DNA from: Vicinamibacterales bacterium
GTDB taxonomy: Bacteria > Acidobacteriota > Vicinamibacteria > Vicinamibacterales > UBA2999
Assembly (NCBI GenBank): GCA_050246635.1
Contig: JBFWVR010000005.1
Span: forward strand, 370,844 to 434,843
DNA length: 64,000 bases
Direction of reading: 5' to 3'
The translations under genes were made by a program, and so were the position numbers. The notes beneath the pieces were generated by a model, which saw only the letters and a program-made list of their open reading frames with translations, was not told the origin of the DNA and did not search any database. Positions 44,394 to 55,476 of this stretch are shown here, in pieces; the first letter of the stretch is position 1, and each line of letters opens with the position of its first letter.

Positions 44394-45806
44394 TCACTTG
44401 CCGGACAGGGCGGTGCGGAAGAATCCGCGGCCCAGCCGGGCCCAGACGGTGGCGCGGTGCTCCCCGCCGGTCGCCGCGAACAGGCTGCGCGACGAGGAGG
44501 GGCCGGGCCACCCGCCAAGCGGCTCCGGCGCACGGGACCAGGGACGCGTCGGATCCACGCCGCCGGCGTCCGGGACGCGTCCCGGGTCACGATCGCGCGG
44601 CGGCTCGGTGGCGGGCGCCGCGGTCCCGGGCGCGGGCGCCGGCGGCGCGGGTGCGGGCGCGGGGTCCCGTGGGCCCTGGCCTTCGGCCGGCTCCGGCGCG
44701 TTCGCGTTCGGCGGCGTCGCGGCGCGCCGGGGCTCGCCCGGCACCGGCGCGTCGTCGGCGGCGCGGCCGGCCTCGCGCGCGGCGGGGGTCGCCGCGGGCC
44801 GCTCGGCCATCGCGGCCGTCGCCTGGATCTCCCGGCGCATGTGGAGCAGCCGGCTCTGCTCGAGCACGATCCGGTGCTGCGTCGCGAGCAGCCGTTCCTC
44901 CCGGGCGAAGAGGTCGTCGGGGGCCGTCGGGCGTTCCGGCGCGGCCGGGCGGGCCGGCGGCTCGGCGGCCGCGGGCGTCTCGACGGGCTGGAGCAGGCCC
45001 CCGGCCCGCAACTCGTCGATCGCGGCCCGGGTGATGGGCAGCCCGATCGTGCGCTGGCCCTCCCCGTAGCCGTAGAGCAGCACGGCATCGGCGATGACGT
45101 TGATCGTGCGCGGCACCCCGCGGCTGTGCTCGTGGATGAGATCCGTGACCGCCCGCGGGAAGACCAGCGGCACGCCCGCCGCCGCCCGCTTCAGGCGGTG
45201 GTTGATGTAGGCCTCGGTCTCCTCGACGTCGAGCGCGGGCAGGTGGTAGCTGACCGTGATCCGCTGGCGCAGCTGCTCGAGCTCGCGGCTGGCGAGCAGC
45301 GCCCGCAGGCCGGGCTGCCCGATCAGTGCAATCTGGATCAGCTTCGAGCGTTCCGTCTCGAGGTTCGACAGCATGCGGACCTCCTCGAGGGCCGCGAGGC
45401 TCAGGTTCTGCGCCTCGTCGATCACGAGGAGGGCAAGCCGCCCTGCGACGCGTTGCTCGACCAGATACCGGCCGAGGTCGCGTAGCAGGCGCGGCTTGCT
45501 GGCGCCCGGTTCCGGCGTGAGGCCGAAATCGAGCATCACCGCTTCGATGAGCTCGCGGGCATCGAGCATCGTGCTCACCAGCCGCGAGACGGAAGTCCGC
45601 GTGTTGACCCCGCGCAGGGCCGTCTGCAGCAGCGTCGTCTTGCCGCTGCCGATCTCCCCGGTGATGACGATGAAGCCGGCGCGGCCCTCGATGCCGTAGC
45701 GCAGGTAGCTGAGCGCCTCGGTGTGCACCCGGCTGGGGTACAGGTAGTCGGGGTCGGGGCTCAGCGAGAAGGGCCGCTCGCGCAGGTTATAGAAGCGTTC
45801 GTACAC
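44394..45806 (-). CDS. ExeA-like AAA ATPase (exosortase-locus secretion ATPase type) with Pro/Ala-rich C-terminal extension
   Basis: The start is GTG 45806 (VYERFYNLRERPF), residue 29 of the track ORF. Walker A is GEIGSGKTT and Walker B is LLVIDEAQ. The last ~170 aa are low-complexity Pro/Ala/Arg with one predicted helical stretch. Confidence 0.8.
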   Translation of the reverse strand: MYERFYNLRERPFSLSPDPDYLYPSRVHTEALSYLRYGIEGRAGFIVITGEIGSGKTTLLQTALRGVNTRTSVSRLVSTMLDARELIEAVMLDFGLTPEPGASKPRLLRDLGRYLVEQRVAGRLALLVIDEAQNLSLAALEEVRMLSNLETERSKLIQIALIGQPGLRALLASRELEQLRQRITVSYHLPALDVEETEAYINHRLKRAAAGVPLVFPRAVTDLIHEHSRGVPRTINVIADAVLLYGYGEGQRTIGLPITRAAIDELRAGGLLQPVETPAAAEPPARPAAPERPTAPDDLFAREERLLATQHRIVLEQSRLLHMRREIQATAAMAERPAATPAAREAGRAADDAPVPGEPRRAATPPNANAPEPAEGQGPRDPAPAPAPPAPAPGTAAPATEPPRDRDPGRVPDAGGVDPTRPWSRAPEPLGGWPGPSSSRSLFAATGGEHRATVWARLGRGFFRTALSGK

Positions 45807-46599
45807 GATGGAACATCCTTGAGAAGAGGGCCTCACCCAGGGCGGACCCCGTGATCCGGTCGGGGTCCACCGGTGCCGTGCCGGCGGCAATGGCCGGCCA
45901 CACCTCCCGGCACGCCTTCCGGTAGTCGTGCGGGAAGTCGATCTCGATCCAGGGGAGGGTGCCGGTCTCCACCACGTGCAGGGGGCGCCGCTGGGCGAAC
46001 GCGTGGAAGGCCCGCGGCAGCCAGTCGCGGGCGCCCCCCTGGGCGATGAGCGCGTTCATCTCGTCGACGAGCACCGCGGCGCCCTCCGGGCCGAACTTGG
46101 CGATGCCGACGTTCTCGCCGTCGATGTCGGGATCGGGCAGGCGCTTGTCCATGGCGCACACCCGCCCGTCGCGCACCGTGACCTTCATCTCCTCGTCGCT
46201 GTAGGTCGTCTCCGGCTCGCGGGCCGCGAGCAGCAACGCGTCCTCGTGGGCGGAGCCCAGCAGCCGCGTCAGCAGGTGCGGGTGGAACAGCACGTCGCAG
46301 TTGAGGACGAGGAAGCCGTCGCGAAGCAGGTGGCGCGCCAGCCAGAGCGAGTAGAGGCTGTTGGTCTGCGCGAACCGCGTGTTGTGCACCACCTCGATGT
46401 CGCTGCCGCACGCGCGCTCCACGGCCTCACGCTGGTGGCCGAGCACCGTCACGACCTCCGTGACGCCGCAGGCGTGCAGGGTCTCGATCTGGCGCGCGAT
46501 GAGCGTGCGGCCGCCCACCTCCGCGAGGCACTTCGGGCCCGCGCCGACGATCGGCCGCAGGCGGCTGCCGCGGCCGGCGGCAAGGATCACGGCTTTCAT
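45787..46599 (-). CDS. sugar-phosphate nucleotidyltransferase family protein (LicC/cytidylyltransferase-like)
   Basis: The start ATG 46599 (MKAVILAAGRGSRLRP) has GGAGGTGGG upstream and overlaps the flippase stop (ATGA). The NTP_transferase signature G-x-G-(S/T)-R is present. Confidence 0.75.
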   Translation of the reverse strand: MKAVILAAGRGSRLRPIVGAGPKCLAEVGGRTLIARQIETLHACGVTEVVTVLGHQREAVERACGSDIEVVHNTRFAQTNSLYSLWLARHLLRDGFLVLNCDVLFHPHLLTRLLGSAHEDALLLAAREPETTYSDEEMKVTVRDGRVCAMDKRLPDPDIDGENVGIAKFGPEGAAVLVDEMNALIAQGGARDWLPRAFHAFAQRRPLHVVETGTLPWIEIDFPHDYRKACREVWPAIAAGTAPVDPDRITGSALGEALFSRMFHRVRTLL

Positions 46600-48194
46600 C
46601 CCACCTCCGAGGTCGCCCGGGCGGCCAGGGGCCGGCGCCAGGCGAGCAGTTGCTGCGCGCGCTCGGCGAACAGCCGGCGCTCGGCCGCCGTGACGGCGAG
46701 CGCCATGAACGTCAACGCGTAGACGGCCGCCGACGCCACCATGAGCGCGCCGACCACGACGAGCGAGCCGTCGGCGACGTATGGGCGCAGCAGGAGCACG
46801 AACGCCGTCATCACCGCGACCGGCCAGAGCGCGGGCCAGACGGCCTCGCGCCACGCTCGCACCAGCGGCAGGTCCACCTGCCGGCAGCCGGTGGGGAAGA
46901 TCACCAGGATGGAGCCGAGCGTCACCGGCACCAGCGTGCCGACAGCCACGCCGGTCAGCCCGTACGGCCCGATGAGCGCCACGCTGAGCGACAGGTTGAC
47001 GACGGCCGTCGCCACGTTCGTGCCCGCCACGAGCTGGTGACGGTCGGTGCCCTTCAGCACCGTGCTGGCCGTGGCCGCGCCGACGCGCGCGATCACGCCG
47101 AGCGTGAGCACCTGCAGGATGAGCACGCTGTCGGCGAAGTTGCTGCCCACCCAGGCCCGCACGAGCGGGCCGGCCATCAGGATCAGCGTCCCGCCGATCG
47201 GCAGGATCATCGCCAGCGAGAGGCGGGTACCCACGACGAGGATGGCGCGCAGCCGGTCGCGCCGGCTCGCCGCCTCGTTGTCCACCACCGTGGGGAACAG
47301 CACCTGGCTCAACTGGTTCGTCAGCCGGAGGGCCGCGTCCGTCAGGCGCTGGGCGACGGTCCAGACGGCCACCGCCGTCGTGTTGAGCAGCGCACCGATC
47401 AGGAGCACGTCGACCGAGTAGTTCAGCTTGTTCGCCCAGTCGATGACGAACATGTGGAAGCTGAACGGCGCGATCTCGCGGAGTCGCGCCTTCCGCACGA
47501 GGCTGGCCCGCACGTGGAGGCCCGGGAACACCCGGTAGGCATTGGCCCGATACGCCCAGTACGTCAGCACGCGCACGATCGTGGTCGCGGCCACGAGCTC
47601 GATGAGGCCGTAGCCGGCGAGCAGCACCGCCACGTTGACCGCGGCCGTCACCAGCGTGCTCGCCATGCCCACGAGGTTGTTGAGGTCGTAACGCTGGAAT
47701 CCGTTGATGACGCCGCCGAAGACGCCGAACGCCAGGCCGGTCGCGACGTGCACGCTGATGATCAGCAGCACCGCCCGGCCCAGCTCGACCTGCGCCGGCG
47801 TGAGGCTGAACAGCGTGCCGAGGTTCAGCGCGACCGCCGCCGCGATCAGGTAGGTGATCACGGCCAGCGTCGTGAAGACGAAGAAGATGGTGCTGAGGAT
47901 CTCGTTCAGCGCCTGCGCGTCACGCCGTGCGCGGTACTGCGCCACGAACTTGACCAGGCCGTTCGAGAAGCCCAGGTCGAGCACCGAGAAGTACACGGTC
48001 ACCGAGGCGGTCAGCATCCAGAGGCCGTAGGCCGCCGCGCCGAGGTGCGCCAGGTTGAACGGCAGCACCAGCAGGCCGACGACCATCTCCGCGACGATGG
48101 CGAGGTAGCGCGTCGACACGTTCCGCGCCACCGTCAGCGTCTCCTCCTCCGGCGGTGCGCCGAGGAGGCCGGTCCCGGGGGGAGCCTGGGTCAC
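46596..48194 (-). CDS. Wzx-type polysaccharide flippase (MOP superfamily) 2
   Basis: 532 aa. The GTG start overlaps the upstream TGA (GTGA). The protein is multi-TM, and its N-terminal region (YLAIVAEMVVGLLVLPFNLAHLGAAAYGLW) parallels flippase 1. Confidence 0.8.
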   Translation of the reverse strand: MTQAPPGTGLLGAPPEEETLTVARNVSTRYLAIVAEMVVGLLVLPFNLAHLGAAAYGLWMLTASVTVYFSVLDLGFSNGLVKFVAQYRARRDAQALNEILSTIFFVFTTLAVITYLIAAAVALNLGTLFSLTPAQVELGRAVLLIISVHVATGLAFGVFGGVINGFQRYDLNNLVGMASTLVTAAVNVAVLLAGYGLIELVAATTIVRVLTYWAYRANAYRVFPGLHVRASLVRKARLREIAPFSFHMFVIDWANKLNYSVDVLLIGALLNTTAVAVWTVAQRLTDAALRLTNQLSQVLFPTVVDNEAASRRDRLRAILVVGTRLSLAMILPIGGTLILMAGPLVRAWVGSNFADSVLILQVLTLGVIARVGAATASTVLKGTDRHQLVAGTNVATAVVNLSLSVALIGPYGLTGVAVGTLVPVTLGSILVIFPTGCRQVDLPLVRAWREAVWPALWPVAVMTAFVLLLRPYVADGSLVVVGALMVASAAVYALTFMALAVTAAERRLFAERAQQLLAWRRPLAARATSEVG

Positions 48195-49555
48195 CGGGCC
48201 CCCTTCCCGAAGAGCACCACCTTGACCGTGTCGATGAGGATGGCGAGGTCGAAGCCGAATGACCGGTGCTTGATGTAGTAGAGGTCGTAGCGCAGCTTCT
48301 CGCGGGCGTCCTCGACCGAGGCGCCGTACTGGTAGCGCACCTGCGCCCAGCCGGTCACCCCGGGCCGCACCGCGTGCCGCGTCTCGTAAAAGGGGATTTC
48401 CCGCGCGAGCTGTTCGACGAAGAACGGCCGCTCCGGCCGTGGCCCGACGACGCTCATGTCCCCGCGCAGCACGTTCCAGAGCTGGGGCAGCTCGTCGAGC
48501 CGCGTCTTGCGGATGAAGCGGCCCACGCGGGTGACCCGATCATCGCCGCTCGTCGCCCACACGGGGCCGGACGACTCGGCGTCGGTGCGCATCGACCGGA
48601 ACTTGCAGAGCGTGAAGGGCCGATCGTGCTGGCCGACGCGCTCCTGGCAGTAGAGGATGGGCCCCGGCGACTCGAGCCGGATGGCCAGCGCGGTCAGGGC
48701 CATCAGCGGCGCCGCGAGCACGAGCCCCACCGCGCCGACCACGAGGTCGAAGGCACGCTTGAGGAACCCGGCGCCGCGCGCCACGCCGAAGCCGTCCGCG
48801 AAGATCAGCCAGCTCGGCCGGATGCTCTCGACGGCGACCTTGCCGGTGAGCCGCTCGTAGGTGGCCGTGGCCTCCTCGATCGACACGCCGGCCAGTCGCG
48901 CCTGCAGCAGCATCTCCACCGGCAGCGTGCCGCGGCGATCGGCGACGCTCACGACGATGCGGTCCACCTGGTGGGCCCGCACGATCTCGGGGAGCGTGTC
49001 GATGGTGCCGAGCACAGCCGGGTCCGAGGGGGCCCCACCGGTGCCATCGGCGACGAAGCCGACGACGTCGTAGGGGAAGTCCGCCTGGCTCTCGATGTTC
49101 TCGGCGATGGACCGGGCGCGGGCCCCGGACCCGAGAATCAGGACCCGCTCGTGGAACCCCGGGTCGCGCGTGACCCGGTCCACGACGAGGCGCCCGGCGG
49201 GGACCGCCACGAGGAGCAGCGCGAGGGCCGTCAGCATCGGCGCGGATCCGAACCCGAATGACGGCAGCACCGCGGCGAGCCCCGCCAGCAGGATCGTCGT
49301 CGCGCCCGCGCTCTGGAGCACGCGGGCCAGGCGCTCGGTGGCGCTCCGCACCGCGGTGAAGTCGTAGAGCTCGTGGTAGTAGAAGACCAGCGCGAAGAGC
49401 CCGGTGACCACGGCGACCCGCGCGGCCGCGGTCGTCCCCTCGTGGAACGAGCCGTGGACGAGTCCCGCCGTGACGATCGAGCCTGCGACGAGCAGGGCGT
49501 CGAGCCCGAAGACCGTCACGCCACGTGCCGGGAGGTCGCGGTTCAGCAGTTGCAT
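48191..49555 (-). CDS. initiating undecaprenyl-phosphate sugar phosphotransferase (EpsB/WbaP type)
   Basis: 454 aa with an ATG start. N-terminal TM helices are followed by a CoA_binding-like region and the C-terminal bacterial sugar transferase domain (KFRSM, DELPQLWNVLRGDMSVVGPRPE, PGVTGWAQV). Confidence 0.9.
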   Translation of the reverse strand: MQLLNRDLPARGVTVFGLDALLVAGSIVTAGLVHGSFHEGTTAAARVAVVTGLFALVFYYHELYDFTAVRSATERLARVLQSAGATTILLAGLAAVLPSFGFGSAPMLTALALLLVAVPAGRLVVDRVTRDPGFHERVLILGSGARARSIAENIESQADFPYDVVGFVADGTGGAPSDPAVLGTIDTLPEIVRAHQVDRIVVSVADRRGTLPVEMLLQARLAGVSIEEATATYERLTGKVAVESIRPSWLIFADGFGVARGAGFLKRAFDLVVGAVGLVLAAPLMALTALAIRLESPGPILYCQERVGQHDRPFTLCKFRSMRTDAESSGPVWATSGDDRVTRVGRFIRKTRLDELPQLWNVLRGDMSVVGPRPERPFFVEQLAREIPFYETRHAVRPGVTGWAQVRYQYGASVEDAREKLRYDLYYIKHRSFGFDLAILIDTVKVVLFGKGAR

Positions 49556-49569
49556 CGGTGTCCGCCTGC

Positions 49570-50385
49570 TCAGTGGATGTCGTTGAGGACGAGGCCCATG
49601 AGGCGCTCGTCCGCGAGCCGGTCGATCGCCTCGTGGATCGCCGGGGTGGTCGTGCTGCCCGCGCGTACGACCAGCACCACGCCGTCGACGAGTGGCGCGA
49701 GCAGCGCCACATCGGCCAGCGGCGCCGCCGCCGGCGCGTCCACGACGATGCGGTCGAAGCGCGTGCGCAGGGTCTGGAGCAGCCTCGCCATCGCCGGCGT
49801 GTCGAGCAGCTCCGCGGGATGCGCGGCCCCGCCGGGCGCGCCCGCCGCGAGCACGCTCAGGCCCTGGTCCTCCAGGTCCACGAGCGCCTCGTCCAGTGAC
49901 GCCTCGCCGGTGAGCACGTCGGCGAGTCCCGGTCCGGGGGGCAGGCCGAGCAGCTCGCTCATCCGCGGGTGTCGCAGGTCGGCCTCCAGGACGCAGACCC
50001 GCCGCTCCCGTTCCTGGGCCATCGTCAGGCCGAGGCAGAGCGTCGTCTGGGTCTTGCCGTCCCCGCGGCCGGGGCTCGTGACGAGCACGGTCTCGGGCGC
50101 GTGCCCGCCGACCGGGTGCAGCAGCCGCGTCCGCAGCGTGCGGTACTGCTCCGCGGAGGTCGAGCCGGGACGGAGAGCGGCGTCGAGGGCGGGCGCCAGG
50201 GCGCCGCTCGCCTTGCGCCGGTTGGCCGGGGCGCTCTCGACCGCTGGCGCGGCCGGGAGCGGGTGGGGCGGCGTAACGGGCTGGCCGCCCGACGCCGGCG
50301 GTGTCCCGAGCGGCACTGGTGCGGCCGCGGGCGGGATGGCGCCGTCGCGTTCGGCGCGTTCGAGGATGCGCTGGATTCGGCTCAT
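49570..50385 (-). CDS. BY-kinase-like P-loop ATPase (exosortase-locus type), no C-terminal Tyr cluster
   Basis: 271 aa. Walker A is SPGRGDGKT, Walker A-prime is VLEADLRHP and Walker B is IVVDAP. The protein ends ...LVLNDIH and has only one Tyr overall. Confidence 0.8.
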   Translation of the reverse strand: MSRIQRILERAERDGAIPPAAAPVPLGTPPASGGQPVTPPHPLPAAPAVESAPANRRKASGALAPALDAALRPGSTSAEQYRTLRTRLLHPVGGHAPETVLVTSPGRGDGKTQTTLCLGLTMAQERERRVCVLEADLRHPRMSELLGLPPGPGLADVLTGEASLDEALVDLEDQGLSVLAAGAPGGAAHPAELLDTPAMARLLQTLRTRFDRIVVDAPAAAPLADVALLAPLVDGVVLVVRAGSTTTPAIHEAIDRLADERLMGLVLNDIH

Positions 50386-50403
50386 GATGTCGGTCCCCCT
50401 CGG

Positions 50404-51834
50404 TTACGCCGAGACGTGGGTGACTTCACCCAGGACCGGCACGTCGAATTCGTCGGCCAGGTCGTGGGTGGTGTGGACGGATCGGTCGAGGTACTCGCGG
50501 CCCAGGGCCGCGGTGCCGCCGAGGAAGACGCCCGCGACGAGGGCGATGAGGAGCACCCGCCAGGCCACCGGGCTCACCGGCGCGGCGGGCATCGATGCGG
50601 GGTAGAGCACCGTGAACTGCTCGCCGCCCTGGTCGCGCGCGACGCTCTCGGCCAGCCGGGCCGAGTCGAGCTTTGCGGCGATGTCGTCGTACTCGGCCTC
50701 GGCGCGGTCGTACTCGCGCTGGACGGATGCCAGGCGCTGTTCGACCATCGGGGCCGCGTCGACCCGCGCCTGGTAATCGCCGATCTGCCGCCGGGTGCCC
50801 GTCGCGGCGCGTTCGAGCTCCCGGACGCTGAGGCGGAGCTGGTCCCGGTCGGCGAGGAGCTGGCGGTACGACGGGTTGCGCATCAACTGCGCGCGCCGGT
50901 CGGGGGCCGCGCCGCCGGCCGAGGGCGTGACCTCGCCGCGCGCGGCCTCGAGCTCCTGCCGGAGCCGGACCACCTCGGGGTGCTTCTCCGTGTAGCGGGT
51001 CCGCGCATTCGCCAGTTGTTCCTCGAGCTCCAGCACGCGGGACGCCGGCGAGCCGTCCGGCACCGCGGCCGCCGTGGCATCGAGGCCGCTGCCTTCCTCC
51101 ATCGCGCTGATCTGGCGTTCGACCATCGAGAGGCGGTCCTGCTGCGCGCGCAGCGACGCGGCATTCGCTTCGAGCTGGCCACGCAGGCCGGTGAGCGTCT
51201 GCAGGTTGGCGTCGGTCTGGCCCGGCAGGCTCCCGGCGTACGCCTCCTTGGCCTGGCGCAGCCGGCCCTCGATCTCGTCGAGCCGCGCCTGCTTCTCGTC
51301 GAGCTCGGACGCGAGGAACGCCGAGGTGTTCTCGGCGTGCACCCGCCGCGCGCGCGCGTTCTCGGCGACGAACAGGTTCACCAGCCGATCGGCGACGCGC
51401 TGCGCCCGCTCCGGCGTGTCGGAGCGGTAGGACAGGACGAAGGCGTCGAGTCGCCGGCTGTTGGTGCCCGCCAGCGGGTCGGGCACCCGCAGCTCGATGG
51501 CGCTCTTGAGCGCCGACACCCGGTCGGCCATCGGACGTCCCGGCCACAGGTTCTCGTCGGTGACCACCCGCTCGAGGACATGGCGGCTGAGGAGCTGCTG
51601 CGAGAGCGCCCACAGCCGGTCCTCGTTGTCGAGCACGGACGACTGGCTGAGCAGGCTCGGCGAGACCGACGGCGCCGAGACGCCGACGGTGGCGGTCGAC
51701 TCGAAGGTCTGCGGGAGGAGCTGGAGCGCGATGACACCGGCCACCACGGCGGCGGCCAGGGGGACGATGAACCACCACGCGCGCCGGCGGATCATCGAGA
51801 GGTAGTCGAGGGCGTGAACGGGTGCGTGTGGCAT
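50404..51834 (-). CDS. polysaccharide chain-length determinant (Wzz/PCP family)
   Basis: The start is ATG 51834 (MPHAPVHALDYLSMIRRRAWWFIVPL), residue 71 of the track ORF. It overlaps the upstream TAA by 1 nt. An N-terminal TM helix is followed by a long coiled-coil region and a C-terminal TM helix (VLLIALVAGVFLGG). Confidence 0.8.
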   Translation of the reverse strand: MPHAPVHALDYLSMIRRRAWWFIVPLAAAVVAGVIALQLLPQTFESTATVGVSAPSVSPSLLSQSSVLDNEDRLWALSQQLLSRHVLERVVTDENLWPGRPMADRVSALKSAIELRVPDPLAGTNSRRLDAFVLSYRSDTPERAQRVADRLVNLFVAENARARRVHAENTSAFLASELDEKQARLDEIEGRLRQAKEAYAGSLPGQTDANLQTLTGLRGQLEANAASLRAQQDRLSMVERQISAMEEGSGLDATAAAVPDGSPASRVLELEEQLANARTRYTEKHPEVVRLRQELEAARGEVTPSAGGAAPDRRAQLMRNPSYRQLLADRDQLRLSVRELERAATGTRRQIGDYQARVDAAPMVEQRLASVQREYDRAEAEYDDIAAKLDSARLAESVARDQGGEQFTVLYPASMPAAPVSPVAWRVLLIALVAGVFLGGTAALGREYLDRSVHTTHDLADEFDVPVLGEVTHVSA

Positions 51835-53024
51835 TAGCGGATCCTCGCCGTGGCGGACGTGGTGACCTGGATGCCGTAGCGGAAGCGGTCCAGCGTGCCG
51901 CCCGGCCGATCGATGGTCTGGTGCGCGCCGCTGACGAAGCCTTCGACGCGCATCCAGGGGGTGAAGGCGTAACCGACGGTGCCGTCGAACCAGAGCGTCT
52001 CGAGCGACAGCTGGCCAGGCTCGAGCGGGTCGTTCGACCGCCACGCGGCGGCGGTGGTGACCCAGGCGCGACGGCCGATCGGCAGGCGCAGCCGGCCCGT
52101 CACGTCCTCGTTCTGCAGCGTGCCGCCGAAGCCGTAGGAGGGCACATACGAACGGCTGTAGATGATCGAGACCCCCGCGCGGCGGAAGTCGCGCGCGAGC
52201 CCCGCGCGCCAGGCCGGGCCGGTCTGGCCGTCGCTGCCGAGCCCGAGCCGGGAGAACCCGGCCTCGCCGAAGACCGTGAGGTCATCGCTCAGCCGGTGCT
52301 GCACGCCGCCCCAGCCGACCTGCACGGCGAACGTCTCGCCGTCGGCCAGTGACGCGCGGTCGAGCCGGTACTCGCCGGTGACGGCCGTGCGCGGCGTGAC
52401 ATCGTGGGTGACCTGCACGTTGGCGCCGTGGCTGTAGCCCCCCATCAGGCGCGCGGGCCCCTGCTGCCGGTCGAAGTCGACCCACTGGAAGTGGTAGGCG
52501 GCCGAGACGTCGGTGCGGCGCGAGGCGGCGAACTCGACCCCGGCGTTCAGGTCCTGGAGGCGCGAGCCCACCCGCGTGTACGGGATGCCCTGGAGCTCGA
52601 GCAACTCGGTTGTCGGCAGCGCCGCGGCGCTGTGGCGGGCGAACACCGTGGTCCGGCGCGACACCATGTGGCGCGCGCCGAGGGTGACGCGCTGCTCGTA
52701 GCTGTTCAGCGACGACAGGTCCTGGTGCGCGACGTAGCTCCCCAGGTAGCGGCCGCCAAACTCGGTGCGGCGGTTGCGGAAGCCGAGCGTCACCGCGGGC
52801 TGGACGACGCTCACGGTCTCGGCCACCGGCTGCGCCTCCTCGTCGTCGAAGAGGACGTTGTCGTCGCGCACGGCGGAGAAGCCGAGCGCCGGACTGATCG
52901 TCCATCCCGCCGTCTGCCGCTCGTTGCCGCCCTCGACGGGGGCGCGGCGGGTCTCCTGCGCCGCCGCCGTGCCGGCCAGCGACAGCGAGAGGAGAACGAT
53001 GGCGATGTGTCGCCCTGGCATCAT
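51834..53024 (-). CDS. outer-membrane beta-barrel protein (exosortase-locus conserved hypothetical type)
   Basis: The start is ATG 53024 (MMPGRHIAIVLLSLSLAGTAAAQ, a signal peptide) with GGGGAGG upstream. The rest of the protein alternates amphipathic beta-strand patterns rich in Y/R/G/T. Confidence 0.65.
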   Translation of the reverse strand: MMPGRHIAIVLLSLSLAGTAAAQETRRAPVEGGNERQTAGWTISPALGFSAVRDDNVLFDDEEAQPVAETVSVVQPAVTLGFRNRRTEFGGRYLGSYVAHQDLSSLNSYEQRVTLGARHMVSRRTTVFARHSAAALPTTELLELQGIPYTRVGSRLQDLNAGVEFAASRRTDVSAAYHFQWVDFDRQQGPARLMGGYSHGANVQVTHDVTPRTAVTGEYRLDRASLADGETFAVQVGWGGVQHRLSDDLTVFGEAGFSRLGLGSDGQTGPAWRAGLARDFRRAGVSIIYSRSYVPSYGFGGTLQNEDVTGRLRLPIGRRAWVTTAAAWRSNDPLEPGQLSLETLWFDGTVGYAFTPWMRVEGFVSGAHQTIDRPGGTLDRFRYGIQVTTSATARIR

Positions 53025-53050
53025 GGCAGCCTCCCCACGGTCCCGATGTC

Positions 53051-53680
53051 TCACGGCACGACGACCGTGTCGCCGGCCTGCAGGAAGAGCCGGGCGTCCG
53101 CCGCCCCCTTGAGGGCGTCGTCGTAGTCGAAGTCGATGGTGCGCACGCCATCCGGGGTGTTGCGCAGGATGCGGATGTCCCCCTTGTGGGCGAACTCGGT
53201 GACGCCGCCCGCCAGGGCCAGCGCCTGCAGGACCGTCATCGGCCGCTGGAGCGCGACGGCGCCGGGCTGGCGCACCTCGCCCATCACGTAGGCGGTGGCG
53301 ATCGTGGCCTCGACGACGATCACCGTGACCACCGGGTTGGTCATGTACTCCTTGAGGTCGGTGGCAATCGTGTCGCGCAGCTCCGCGGGGGTCCGTCCGC
53401 TGGCCACGAGGTCGCCGAGCAGCGGCAGCGTGATCTTGCCGTCGGGCCGGACCTGGACCGACTGGGACAACTGGTCGTCCTTGTAGACCTCGATGCGGAG
53501 CTTGTCGCCCGCCGCCAGGTGGTAGTCGGGCGCCGTGTCGGTGCCGGCCGCGGCGGTCGTGCCGGCCGGGTGCTCGCGCGCGGCGGCGTCGGCCTGGGCC
53601 GCGGCGGGCAGCGGGAGCAGGAGGCACCCGGCGACGAGCGCCAGCAGTGCCGGTCGGGCGGGAAGCCTGGTGTGTGTCAT
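53051..53680 (-). CDS. short Wza-like polysaccharide export protein (Poly_export + SLBB)
   Basis: The start is ATG 53680 (MTHTRLPARPALLALVAGCLLLPLPAAAQA). The protein contains YHLAAGDKLRIEVY...VRPDGKITLPLLGDL.ASGRTPAEL and the G.V..PG SLBB block. At 209 aa it lacks the long C-terminal domains of E. coli Wza. Confidence 0.85.
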   Translation of the reverse strand: MTHTRLPARPALLALVAGCLLLPLPAAAQADAAAREHPAGTTAAAGTDTAPDYHLAAGDKLRIEVYKDDQLSQSVQVRPDGKITLPLLGDLVASGRTPAELRDTIATDLKEYMTNPVVTVIVVEATIATAYVMGEVRQPGAVALQRPMTVLQALALAGGVTEFAHKGDIRILRNTPDGVRTIDFDYDDALKGAADARLFLQAGDTVVVP

Positions 53681-53790
53681 GGCAGGCAGTCTCCGGGGCC
53701 GCACGGCCCCAAGGCGTGGCGCCGGGGCGGGCGCGAGGCTCGCGGGACGCCGACGGGTCAACGGGAGGGAATACGTGGTCATGGCTGGTC

Positions 53791-55179
<1,389 letters not shown>

Positions 55180-55254
55180 TCGTAATGGATCCCGGGCGGT
55201 GCGTTCGTCGGACTCGCCTGGCGCCGCCGACGGGCGACTGCGTCAGTTGGGTGA

Positions 55255-55269
55255 GCAATGGCGGTGCCA
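55255..55269 (-). promoter_or_regulatory. sigma54 (-24/-12) promoter upstream of EBP2 and the EPS operon
   Basis: The minus strand reads TGGCACCGCCATTGC(T). The predicted TSS is ~55243, 64 nt before ATG 55179. Confidence 0.55.
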
Positions 55270-55476
55270 CGTTCGGCGCCCGGATGTCGTGACGTGCACG
55301 ACAGGCGTGGAAACGCGCCGGTATTTCGCGCGTCATTCGCGGCATTTGGTGGCTGTCGGCACTGGTGGCGACACGCGTCCGGGGGAAGTGACCTTCCACC
55401 ATGCGGTCCCTCGCTATCGTGTGACGCCGGTGGAGTTCTCCTGCATGCGCCCGATCGAGGGGACAGGTGGACACCT

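Noticed and set aside
53694-53709. A GGGGCC-gcac-GGCCCC hairpin between EBP2 and the exporter gene, considered as a possible terminator.
   Set aside because: It has only a 6-bp stem and no U-tract, and it lies 14 nt from the exporter start. I cannot tell it apart from chance GC-rich self-complementarity. Whether the EPS genes are co-transcribed with EBP2 stays open.
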